Source: an uncultured Microbacteriaceae bacterium
GTDB lineage: Bacteria > Actinomycetota > Actinomycetes > Actinomycetales > Microbacteriaceae
Direction of reading: 5' to 3'
DNA: 64,000 nt
Assembly: GCA_937124545.1 (NCBI GenBank)
Contig: CAKZKU010000116.1
Span: forward strand, 21,336-85,335
The notes under the pieces were generated by a model. It made no database searches. It was not told where the DNA came from and worked only from the letters and a program-made list of their open reading frames with translations. Positions 21,510-29,783 of the stretch are shown one piece after another (the first letter of the stretch is position 1; the number at the start of each line of letters is the position of its first letter). Position numbers and translations under genes: made by a program.

Positions 21510-21908
21510 GTGGTGGCGAGCACTCGAGCGCGCGAGCTCGCTGTTGCGGCAGCGCAGGCTGCTAGCGACAAGCTAGCGAGCGACATTGTCGCACTCGACG
21601 TTTCTGAACACATTGCGTTGAGCGACGTTTTTGTACTGTGCAGTGGGCGCAACGAACGCATGGTCCAGGCCATCGCTGATGAGGTGGACCGGGTCCTCAC
21701 GAGTGAGGGGTCCCCGCCGTTGCGCGAGGAGGGTCGGTCTGCGGGCCGATGGGCGCTGCTGGACTGTGGCGAAATTATCGTCCATATTTTCCACGAGGAG
21801 GAGCGGCTCTTCTATCAGCTGGAGCGTTTGTGGCGGGACTCCCCGGAAATACTCTTGCCAGCCGTCTCGTCACCAGAATCGGGAGCAAGCTCACCCGAAA
21901 CGCTGTAG
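21510..21908 (+). CDS. rsfS: Ribosome silencing factor
   Basis: DKLASDIVALDV, WALLDCGEIIVHIFHEEERLFYQLERLW. Confidence 0.95.
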   Translation: MVASTRARELAVAAAQAASDKLASDIVALDVSEHIALSDVFVLCSGRNERMVQAIADEVDRVLTSEGSPPLREEGRSAGRWALLDCGEIIVHIFHEEERLFYQLERLWRDSPEILLPAVSSPESGASSPETL

Positions 21909-21928
21909 TAAGCTGAGGGCTTCATTAC

Positions 21929-22001
21929 GGGCCTGTGGCGCAGCTGGTAGCGCACCTGCATGGCATGCAGGGGGTCAGGGGTTCGAGTCCCCTCAGGTCC
22001 A
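21929..22001 (+). tRNA. tRNA-Ala (GGC)
   Basis: Acceptor stem GGGCCTG/CAGGTCC with G3:U70, anticodon arm CCTGC-atGGCat-GCAGG, T-loop GGTTCGAGTCC; CCA not encoded. Confidence 0.97.
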
Positions 22002-22099
22002 CTTTTTTGGTCTTCCCGTGTAACTCGAGAGTGCTGCCGTGGGCGAGATTCACATGTCTGCTCTGTACGATCGGGGGGTCCCGATTAAGGAGAGTGCCC

Positions 22100-22753
22100 A
22101 TGGTCGATCAGACTCCCGAAGCGCTCAGCAAACGGCAGGACTACGGTTCGGTCGCCCTGGAAGATGGCGTTCTCTCGGCCAACCCGCTTGAACAGATTTC
22201 TGCGTGGGTAGAGGAAGCCGACAAGGCGGGTGTTTACGAGCCCAACGCCATGGTCCTCTCCACTATCGATCCTGACGGGGAGCCATCTTCGCGAACCGTT
22301 CTGCTCCGGGGTATTGATGATCAGGGGTTGTATTTTTACACCGACTACGGTTCCCGTAAAGGGCTGGCTCTCCTGGCCCACCCGTCTGTGGCCGTTGTGT
22401 TCCCCTGGTATGTCCAGCACCGTCAGATCAAGATTTTTGGCCACGCAGCGCCGACCGACCCCGAGATTTCGGATGCCTACTTTGATTCGCGCCCGAGGGG
22501 CTCTCAGGTCAGTGCCTGGGCTAGCGATCAGTCCCACACCATCGAATCCCGCGAAGCCTTGGAGGCTAAAGTGCGCGAGGTTGAGGCGCGGTTCGAGGCC
22601 GACGAGACCCTTCCTCGACCCGAGCGGTGGGGTGGTTTTCTGATTGAGGTCGAGAGGGTTGAATTCTGGGCGGGCCGAACGTCACGCCTTCACGATCGCA
22701 TTCGGTTTGAAAAAACGTCGGAAGGCTGGGCGTCTACCCGCCTCCAGCCCTGA
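22100..22753 (+). CDS. pdxH: Pyridoxamine 5'-phosphate oxidase
   Basis: EPNAMVLST, SRTVLL, YFDSRPRGSQ, EFWAGRTSRLHDR, C-terminal RLQP; start after AAGGAG. Confidence 0.95.
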   Translation: MVDQTPEALSKRQDYGSVALEDGVLSANPLEQISAWVEEADKAGVYEPNAMVLSTIDPDGEPSSRTVLLRGIDDQGLYFYTDYGSRKGLALLAHPSVAVVFPWYVQHRQIKIFGHAAPTDPEISDAYFDSRPRGSQVSAWASDQSHTIESREALEAKVREVEARFEADETLPRPERWGGFLIEVERVEFWAGRTSRLHDRIRFEKTSEGWASTRLQP

Positions 22754-22803
22754 TTTCTCTCACCCCTGCCTGGTACGTTAGCCAACGGAAACAAGGAGAA
22801 TTA

Positions 22804-23856
22804 ATGGACACCCTCAAGCTTGGTCTTGACACATTCGGAGACGTGACGAGTGACGCCAATGGAGTCCCTCTTCCCTATGCGGATGTCATCCGAAACGTGG
22901 TTGCCGAAGGCGTGCTGGCCGACGAAGTTGGCGTGGATGCAATTACCCTCGGCGAGCACCACCGCGACGACTTTGCCGTCTCGACTCCTGAGACGGTTCT
23001 TGCTGCCATTGCCGCGAAGACTGAGCGAATCATCCTGAGCTCCGGAGTCACCGTCTTGAGCTCCGATGACCCGGTTCGAGTATTTCAGCGCTTCGCCACC
23101 ATCGATGCGGTGTCCCAGGGCCGTGCCGAAATCATCATGGGGCGCGGGTCTTTCACCGAGTCGTTCCCTCTCTTCGGTTTTGCGCTGGAGGACTACCAGG
23201 TGTTGTTCGAGGAAAAACTGCAGCTATTTGCCGAAATCCTCAAGGAACAGCCGGTCAGTTGGTCGGGAACGCACCGAGCTCCGCTGGTGAACCAGGAGAT
23301 TTATCCCAAGTCTCACTCCGGCGCGATGCGCACCTGGGTGGGCGTGGGTGGGAGTCCCGAGTCGGTTGTACGTGCCGCGAATTACGGGTTCCCCCTGATG
23401 CTTGCCATCATCGGTGGCGCACCGGACCGTTTTGCCCCCTATGTAGACCTTTATCACCGCGCACTAGATCAGATGGGGAAGCCGGCCCAGCCAGTCGGTG
23501 TGCATTCGCCGGGCCACCTAGCGGACACGGATGAGGAGGCCATCGAGCAGATGTGGCCGGCTTATCAGGCCATGTTCGGTCGCATTGGGCGTGAGCGAGG
23601 CTGGGCGCCGATGACGAAGGAGCACTATCTCAACGAGGTCCACCACGGGGCACTCTTTGTTGGGTCACCCGAGACTGTGGCGCGAAAAATTGCCGGCACC
23701 GTTCAGACATTGGGTATTCAGCGTTTTGATTTCAAGTACTCCACTGGCCCACTCAGCCACGAAACTCTGATGCACAGCATCGAGCTGTACGGGACAAAGG
23801 TCATGCCTATGGTGCACGACATTCTTGCGAGTGCGCCAGCGCAGACCGTTGCTTAG
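22804..23856 (+). CDS. LLM-class flavin-dependent oxidoreductase
   Basis: GLDTFGD, GEHHRDDFAVS, VLSSDDPVRVFQRFAT, GRGSFTESFPLFG. Confidence 0.9.
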   Translation: MDTLKLGLDTFGDVTSDANGVPLPYADVIRNVVAEGVLADEVGVDAITLGEHHRDDFAVSTPETVLAAIAAKTERIILSSGVTVLSSDDPVRVFQRFATIDAVSQGRAEIIMGRGSFTESFPLFGFALEDYQVLFEEKLQLFAEILKEQPVSWSGTHRAPLVNQEIYPKSHSGAMRTWVGVGGSPESVVRAANYGFPLMLAIIGGAPDRFAPYVDLYHRALDQMGKPAQPVGVHSPGHLADTDEEAIEQMWPAYQAMFGRIGRERGWAPMTKEHYLNEVHHGALFVGSPETVARKIAGTVQTLGIQRFDFKYSTGPLSHETLMHSIELYGTKVMPMVHDILASAPAQTVA

Positions 23857-24215
23857 TCGGTAACGACCGGTAGGCCACTCAGTGAGCTGGCTTTAGAGAC
23901 GCTGCCACCGTTGGTCATCGAGGTGAAACCCATGTTCGACATCTGGGAGATGGCTTGACCGGATCGGTTGCCAGATCGGCAATAGACGAAGTAGTCGCCG
24001 GCAGGGTCGAGTTGACTAATTTGCGCGGCAAAATCGGGGGACTGAACATCGATGTTGAGTGCTCCCTCCAGGTGTCCACCGGCGAATTCACCAGGTGTGC
24101 GGACGTCAATGATGACCGTGTCTGCTCCAAGCTCCACGGGTTCGCTGGCGCATCCGGTCGCACCCAACGCAAGGGGAAAGACAAGGGCAAGGGTGGCAAT
24201 AAGTTTTTTCAACAT
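23853..24215 (-). CDS. Rhodanese-like lipoprotein
   Basis: Signal peptide with ATGC lipobox; IIDVRTPGEF..GHLEGA and YCRSGNRS motifs. Confidence 0.9.
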   Translation of the reverse strand: MLKKLIATLALVFPLALGATGCASEPVELGADTVIIDVRTPGEFAGGHLEGALNIDVQSPDFAAQISQLDPAGDYFVYCRSGNRSGQAISQMSNMGFTSMTNGGSVSKASSLSGLPVVTD

Positions 24216-24256
24216 GGGTTCTCCTGGCTTGAGGCTCTTTCACCACACTATAGCAA

Positions 24257-24272
24257 ATACCCCCAGGGGTAT
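24257..24272. promoter_or_regulatory. CsoR/RcnR/CstR-family operator-like palindrome ATACCCC-CA-GGGGTAT
   Basis: Perfect 7-2-7 dyad next to an extended -10 (TGcTATAGT, minus strand, 24255-24247) of the rhodanese gene. Confidence 0.75.
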
Positions 24273-25442
24273 CTAGGGGCGTGCCGGGGGTAGGCGTCGC
24301 TGGAACCAGTTCGCCTCTGGGACGCGGCTAATGAGCGGGCCGATGATGACCGTGATGAGGACGTAGGCCGTCGCTAGAGGCGCGATCTGAGGTTCGAGAC
24401 CTGCACCCACTGCAAGACCGGCAATCACGATGGAAAACTCCCCGCGGGGGGTCAGAGCAAACCCCGTTCTCCAGCGCCCCGGAACACCGATACCGGCCCA
24501 TTTTGCAGATTGATAACCGGTATAAATCTTTGTGGCGATCGTGACCACGGCGAGTGCCGCCGCAGGCACGAGCATGGGAATCATGTCTGCGGCGTTGGTC
24601 GAAAGACCAAAAAAGAGAAAAAATGCGGCCGCAAAAAGATCCCGCAGGGGGGAGAGCACTTTTTCGGCTTTGATGGCCACTTGTCCCGACAGTGCGATTC
24701 CGACGAGGAACGCCCCCACCGCGGACGAGACGTTGACCTCTTGCGCTACGCCGGCCACCAGCAGGGTGAGTCCGAGTACGCCGAGTAACAACGATTCCGG
24801 GTGTTGGGGGCTAAACAGCCGAGAAATGCTGTCCCCGTGGCGGAGCGCAAGGAAAAGAATAACCACCACCGCAGCAAGTGAGATCCCGAGGGTGATGCTT
24901 CCTTGGGTCCAAGAGGCGCCGATCAGGAGAACCGAGAGCACCGGGAGGTAGAAGGCCATCACCAGGTCTTCGAGCACTAAGAGCGAGAGGATGGTGGGTG
25001 TTTCACGGTTTCCCAGCCGACCCAAATCCCGCAAGACCTTGGCGATGACACCGGAGGAGGACACGTAAGTTACCCCCGCCAGCGCGACGGATGCGACGAC
25101 CCCCCAGCCGAGGATCATCCCCAAGGCGAAACCGGGTGCGCCGTTCATCACGATGTCGAGGAGGCCGGCTTTTTGCGATCGTTTGAGGTTTGTGACCAAC
25201 TCTGCGGCGGAATATTCGAGCCCGAGCATGACCAGCAGCAAAATAACGCCGAGCTCACTACCAATTTCCAGAAACTCGGTGCTTTCTCCGCTTTCGAGCA
25301 AGCCCGATGAACCCACAACCAGGCCAAGAACGAGGTAAAGGGGGATAGCCGAAATGCCCAGCGAGGTGCTCCAGCGAGACAAGAAACCTAAAGCAACAAG
25401 AAGAGCCCCCACTTCGATGAGCAGGAGGGCAATCGAGTGCAT
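24273..25442 (-). CDS. CPA2-family cation:proton antiporter (KhtU/YhaU-like)
   Basis: Many TM helices; SSSGVIAKVL.DLGRLGNRETP, LVLEDL and PRGEFSIVIA motifs. Confidence 0.9.
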   Translation of the reverse strand: MHSIALLLIEVGALLVALGFLSRWSTSLGISAIPLYLVLGLVVGSSGLLESGESTEFLEIGSELGVILLLVMLGLEYSAAELVTNLKRSQKAGLLDIVMNGAPGFALGMILGWGVVASVALAGVTYVSSSGVIAKVLRDLGRLGNRETPTILSLLVLEDLVMAFYLPVLSVLLIGASWTQGSITLGISLAAVVVILFLALRHGDSISRLFSPQHPESLLLGVLGLTLLVAGVAQEVNVSSAVGAFLVGIALSGQVAIKAEKVLSPLRDLFAAAFFLFFGLSTNAADMIPMLVPAAALAVVTIATKIYTGYQSAKWAGIGVPGRWRTGFALTPRGEFSIVIAGLAVGAGLEPQIAPLATAYVLITVIIGPLISRVPEANWFQRRLPPARP

Positions 25443-25445
25443 GGT

Positions 25446-25940
25446 TTAGCCGTGGCCGTCGGCGAGAACGCTACTGAGCTTTTCAAGCCCGTCTCGGGTG
25501 CCCACGGCGACAATGATGTCGCCGGTCTGCAACATGTCTTCCGGTCCGGGGGAGGGGTGGACTGTTGAGCCTCGAAGAATCGCCACGATGGACGACTTCG
25601 TGACCGTGCGAGCTCGTGTGTCGCCGAGTTGCTTGCCCGCAAAAGGAGAACTGGCCGCGAGGATAATCTGTTCAGTGAACAACCCGGTCGATTGGTCGCC
25701 GAGCTGAGCGAATTGCCCTAATAGAAGGGACGTGCCCAGCACATCCGCGAGTGCGCCGGCTTCATCATCGCTTAGGTGAATCGAATCGCTGCACGCGTCG
25801 GGATCTTTCGGGTCGAACATGGCGAGCTCTCGCTCGCCGTTGCGGTGGGAAATAACCCCCAGCCTGCGCCCTTCCTCGGTAACCACATCATGACGAGTGC
25901 CAATGCCGGGGAGATCAATCTTCTCTATACGAACGCTCAC
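25446..25940 (-). CDS. Antiporter regulatory subunit, TrkA-C domain (KhtT/YhaT-like)
   Basis: LPGIGTRHD..., SIVAILRG..PSPGP...GDIIVAVGT. Confidence 0.88.
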   Translation of the reverse strand: MSVRIEKIDLPGIGTRHDVVTEEGRRLGVISHRNGERELAMFDPKDPDACSDSIHLSDDEAGALADVLGTSLLLGQFAQLGDQSTGLFTEQIILAASSPFAGKQLGDTRARTVTKSSIVAILRGSTVHPSPGPEDMLQTGDIIVAVGTRDGLEKLSSVLADGHG

Positions 25941-26195
25941 ACCAGCAGGTTAGCAGTCGAGAACTGGGGCATGTTGGCGGGTCGACGGCCCGATTCAGCG
26001 TACTTAGAGGAAACGTTGAGCTGACGCTTATCCACAGTCCGTACGGTGTGAGACACGACAAAAAGTCGACTCCAGTACCGTAGAGAAGCGAGCAAACCCG
26101 CATACTATTGAGCGTTTAGTGTGACAGCACAGTCGTTCGTTAGGGACGCGAATAAATTTGAGGGTTCACCCCGGTGAATCGAAAGGGCAACACTC

Positions 26196-26834
26196 ATGAG
26201 CACTACCAAAGAACAGCAGTTCAGCTCCTCGTCCACCGCCATACGCGTGGAACCCGTGCAGGCACGGAGCGCGGCCCGAGTGAATGCTCTTCTTGACGCG
26301 GCCTGCGCGACGATGCACGAGTTTGGCTACGAGCAGCTCACCACCGCCATGGTTGCCGAAAAAGCTGGCGCCTCGATCGGAACCGTGTACCGCTATTTCC
26401 CCGACCGCGTTGCTGTGTTGCAAGCTGTTGCCGCACGCAACCTGGAACGAACACTTGAGGTCTTGGGTCAGCGGCTTCGCTCCGATGCCCCTGCCTCGCT
26501 CGCCGGCTCTCTGGAGGTTGCTGTCGATGCGCTTGTTGAGGTATTCCGCAACGAGCCCGGATTCCGCTCCTTGCGTGTGGGGGATGTTTTGGACATCCGC
26601 CCGGTTGCGAGCGCTCGAGGGGGAAACTCCGAAATTGCGCGAGTCATCCGCGACGATGCCGAGCAGCGAGCGGGACTTCGCTTGGATTCTGATGCCCGGG
26701 TGGCCGTTGAATCCGCTGTCGATGTCATCGACGCGCTACTGGGGAGAGCGTTTTTGAGAAGCGACCGCGGAGAAACCTCTCTGATTGACGAGGCAAAGCG
26801 GATAGCCGCCCTCGCCGTTACCGGTCTGGCCTAG
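26196..26834 (+). CDS. TetR/AcrR-family regulator
   Basis: PVQARS, LTTAMVAEKAGASIGTVYRYFPD HTH. Confidence 0.9.
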   Translation: MSTTKEQQFSSSSTAIRVEPVQARSAARVNALLDAACATMHEFGYEQLTTAMVAEKAGASIGTVYRYFPDRVAVLQAVAARNLERTLEVLGQRLRSDAPASLAGSLEVAVDALVEVFRNEPGFRSLRVGDVLDIRPVASARGGNSEIARVIRDDAEQRAGLRLDSDARVAVESAVDVIDALLGRAFLRSDRGETSLIDEAKRIAALAVTGLA

Positions 26835-26898
26835 TCGCTAGCCGCCCTCTAGGGAGTTTGCTGGGTTCTGCTGCACACGTGTGCACCCGACTGGCGGG

Positions 26899-27591
26899 TT
26901 AACGAGTTCCTGATGCGGGTTTGTCGGCGGGAGCCGTGGGTGTCTCAACCGCGTCGACTGCGTCTTGTGAGTCAGCGAATCGGTGCAGCACTCGCTTGAT
27001 CACCGCGACGAGCAGAATTGACACCGCCACGATGGCGATAAAAACCCAGCCTGCTGACGAAAAAGTGTTTTGTAGTTCGCGATAGGTCCCCGCCGCTCCC
27101 GAACCAATCGACACGTAAAGAAAAGCCCACAAGATGCAGGCCGGTGTCGTCCAAATCATAAAAGTGCGGTACCTCATCGCCGTGGTGCCGGCGGTTAGCG
27201 GGATGACCGAGTGGAAGACGGGCAAAAAGCGCGAGATGAACACGGCAATGCCTCCGCGGCGCTGCACGAACCGGTCAGCTTTTGCCCACCGTTGCTCTCC
27301 CACACGGCGACCCAACCAGCTGGATCTCAGCCGTGGTCCGAACAGACGACCCAAGCTGAAACCGATGGACTCTCCCACCAGAGCGCCGAGGACCGCGGCG
27401 AGCACCGTGAACAGGTAGGTGATGATGGTCGTCACTCCGGTGCTGGACACCAAAACAATCGTGTCGCCCGGGACAATCAGCCCCACCAGAATGCTTGTTT
27501 CTAGCATCACCGCGAGCCCGGTGACGAGGATGCGCAAAACCGGATCTATGCCCTCAACCCACGTGAGGATGGCATCAAGGACTTCATTCAT
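26899..27591 (-). CDS. DedA-family membrane protein
   Basis: LETSILVGLIVPGD, AVFISRFLPV, AGTTAMRYRTF. Confidence 0.9.
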   Translation of the reverse strand: MNEVLDAILTWVEGIDPVLRILVTGLAVMLETSILVGLIVPGDTIVLVSSTGVTTIITYLFTVLAAVLGALVGESIGFSLGRLFGPRLRSSWLGRRVGEQRWAKADRFVQRRGGIAVFISRFLPVFHSVIPLTAGTTAMRYRTFMIWTTPACILWAFLYVSIGSGAAGTYRELQNTFSSAGWVFIAIVAVSILLVAVIKRVLHRFADSQDAVDAVETPTAPADKPASGTR

Positions 27592-27645
27592 TAAGCGGGA
27601 AGTCTAGGGGGTGAAGGGTGAGATTAGCAGGGAAGTAGCGCGGGC

Positions 27646-28440
27646 TCAGGAGAGAGTTGGTGGCCGTGCGGCCTGGTGCCACAATGCTCGCCATCGTGCG
27701 GAACGCTCCGGGTGAGTGTTGAGGTCAGGGCCCCCTATAAAAGCGGTCGCGAGGCGGACCCCGTGAAGTGCGCTCACTACCCACACCTCGGCGTCCTGGA
27801 GCTCATCCACTCGGGGGAGCATTTCGCCCACTTCCACCCCCTCAGCTCTTGCGATGTCCACCAGCACCGCCTCCGTGACGCTCGGCAAGCGCGGCAGTAT
27901 CGGGTCTATGACGCACACGCGGTCCGTGTGCGCCGGCCAGACCATCACCGTGCTGTACGCGCCCTCAACGATGCGATCCCGTGCATCAACGATGATGGCC
28001 TCGGTTGCTCCGGAGGGTGCAACGGCTGTTCGCAGGGCTAAGAGTTCCTCCAGATCGGGCCCTTTGACCCACGGGCGTGTTCTCGGGTCGTGAGGCGCTC
28101 GTGCGAGAACTGCGGTGGCCTGGGACTCAGGTGCCTCGCGATGGCGATAGCGCAGACGGTGGCCTTCCGGGTGTGACACGACCTCGACCCGAGGAAACCA
28201 GCGACCCGCATCGGGAGTACGTGCGTGAACCTCGTGCACAAAAGCTTTCAGAGCGTCACGGGGGATCGCTGTTTCGGCAAGGACGCTTCGAGAAAATCTT
28301 TCGACGTGTTTTTCCCAAGACACGGTGAGGCCCTCTGTGACCAACCACGAGTCAGAAACCAGGGTGGGCAGTGGGTCAAGCTGCTGGGGCGGGAGTAGCG
28401 TCATGCCCGAAGCAGTGAACTCAAAAACCGCTTCGCTCAT
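27646..28440 (-). CDS. Class IV aminotransferase-like protein (probable aminodeoxychorismate lyase, PabC-like)
   Basis: HVERF, VKGPDL, IVEGAYS, LPSVT and VVSALHG motifs; divergent from the pabB-like gene. Confidence 0.75.
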   Translation of the reverse strand: MSEAVFEFTASGMTLLPPQQLDPLPTLVSDSWLVTEGLTVSWEKHVERFSRSVLAETAIPRDALKAFVHEVHARTPDAGRWFPRVEVVSHPEGHRLRYRHREAPESQATAVLARAPHDPRTRPWVKGPDLEELLALRTAVAPSGATEAIIVDARDRIVEGAYSTVMVWPAHTDRVCVIDPILPRLPSVTEAVLVDIARAEGVEVGEMLPRVDELQDAEVWVVSALHGVRLATAFIGGPDLNTHPERSARWRALWHQAARPPTLS

Positions 28441-28451
28441 AAGCTAAGGCT

Positions 28452-29780
28452 ATGACGACGGGGCTTCTTCGGCATCCTTTGCCCTTTCCGCTCAGCGTCG
28501 AGGCCGCCTTCGGTGCGCTCGATCAGGGGCAGGATCATGCCCTGTGGCTTGACGACCATGGGGAACGCGGATCTGGTGTTTCCTACGTCGCCTTCCCAAC
28601 GGCTCTTTCGCCCGAGCAGTGGGCCTCCTCGACGGGTCGCTCCGCTGCGCTGGGTCAATACAGTGAGCCCAGTCCTGGACTGGGGTCCCTGCCCCTCGGC
28701 GTTTTCTTTGTTCTGCCCTACGAGGCTGGTCACACTTTTGTCGGTATCGACAGCGCCTCAGATGTCCCGACACACGCGCTCTGGGTGGACAGGCTGGTGG
28801 CGATCGACCATCGCACGGGGGTGAGCGAGCTGTGGGCGCTCGGTGACCAGTGGTCGGCAGAAACCGCACAGTGGCGTGAGTCCACTCACCGTTTGCTGGA
28901 GAGGGCAACCGAGCCCCCTGCTCCAGTGACCGGCGACGCCTCGCAAGTTATCTGGCGGGACTCGGAAGATCGCTACCGAGACATGATCCGTGCGGCACAC
29001 ACGGCCATTACCGAGGGCGAGGCCTATCAACTCTGCCTCACCACCGGCATCACCATCCCGGGTGCCTGCGATCCTGTGGGGCTTCATCGCTTACTGCGCC
29101 GAACAAGCCCCACACATCATCAGGCGCTGATACGGCTGGGGGACACCACGCTGGTGTCAGCATCCCCCGAAACGTTTCTCGAGATCTCGCCCGCTGGACG
29201 AGTGGTCACTAAGCCCATCAAAGGGACCCGTCCGCGCCACCCAGATCCCGATGCTGATCGAGCGTTAGCGACCGAGCTTCTCGAAAGCGACAAAGAGCGC
29301 GCAGAAAACTTGATGATTGTCGACTTGATGCGCAACGATCTCGCCAAAGTGTGTGAGGTGGGTTCGGTGGCGGTCCCAGCGCTCTGTGTGCTCGAGAGCT
29401 ACGCCACTGTGCACCAATTGGTCAGCACGATTGAAGGCCAGTTGCGTCCGGGAGTGGGCGTCTGGGAGGTGCTGACGCACTGTTTTCCCGCGGGTTCCAT
29501 GACTGGGGCTCCGAAAAAACGCGCAATGGAGGTCCTCAAAGCCGAAGAGTCCGATCTCCGCGGCTACTATTCCGGCGTTTACGGTATTGAGCGAGTGGAT
29601 GGCTCTGCCACTGTGGCGATGACTATTCGTACCGCGGTGGTCACCCCCGATTCCCTCAGCCTCGGGGTGGGGGGAGGAATTACAGCGCTCAGTGTTCCCG
29701 GCGAAGAGATCCGGGAGGTCGGGGTCAAAGCTCGCGCCTTCTTTGATGCACTCGGTGTTTCCTCGGATGACTATTCTTGA
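28452..29780 (+). CDS. Chorismate-binding protein, probable aminodeoxychorismate synthase component I (PabB-like)
   Basis: GEAYQLCLT, SASPETFL, TKPIKGTRPR, KERAENLMIVDLMRNDL, FPAGSMTGAPK. Confidence 0.88.
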   Translation: MTTGLLRHPLPFPLSVEAAFGALDQGQDHALWLDDHGERGSGVSYVAFPTALSPEQWASSTGRSAALGQYSEPSPGLGSLPLGVFFVLPYEAGHTFVGIDSASDVPTHALWVDRLVAIDHRTGVSELWALGDQWSAETAQWRESTHRLLERATEPPAPVTGDASQVIWRDSEDRYRDMIRAAHTAITEGEAYQLCLTTGITIPGACDPVGLHRLLRRTSPTHHQALIRLGDTTLVSASPETFLEISPAGRVVTKPIKGTRPRHPDPDADRALATELLESDKERAENLMIVDLMRNDLAKVCEVGSVAVPALCVLESYATVHQLVSTIEGQLRPGVGVWEVLTHCFPAGSMTGAPKKRAMEVLKAEESDLRGYYSGVYGIERVDGSATVAMTIRTAVVTPDSLSLGVGGGITALSVPGEEIREVGVKARAFFDALGVSSDDYS

Positions 29781-29783
29781 CGA

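Noticed and set aside
21935..22099. N-terminal extension of the pdxH ORF
   Set aside because: It runs through tRNA-Ala; the real start follows AAGGAG at about 22094-22100
21929..27591. Possible genomic island at tRNA-Ala
   Set aside because: No integrase, no duplicated tRNA 3' end seen and no obvious compositional shift
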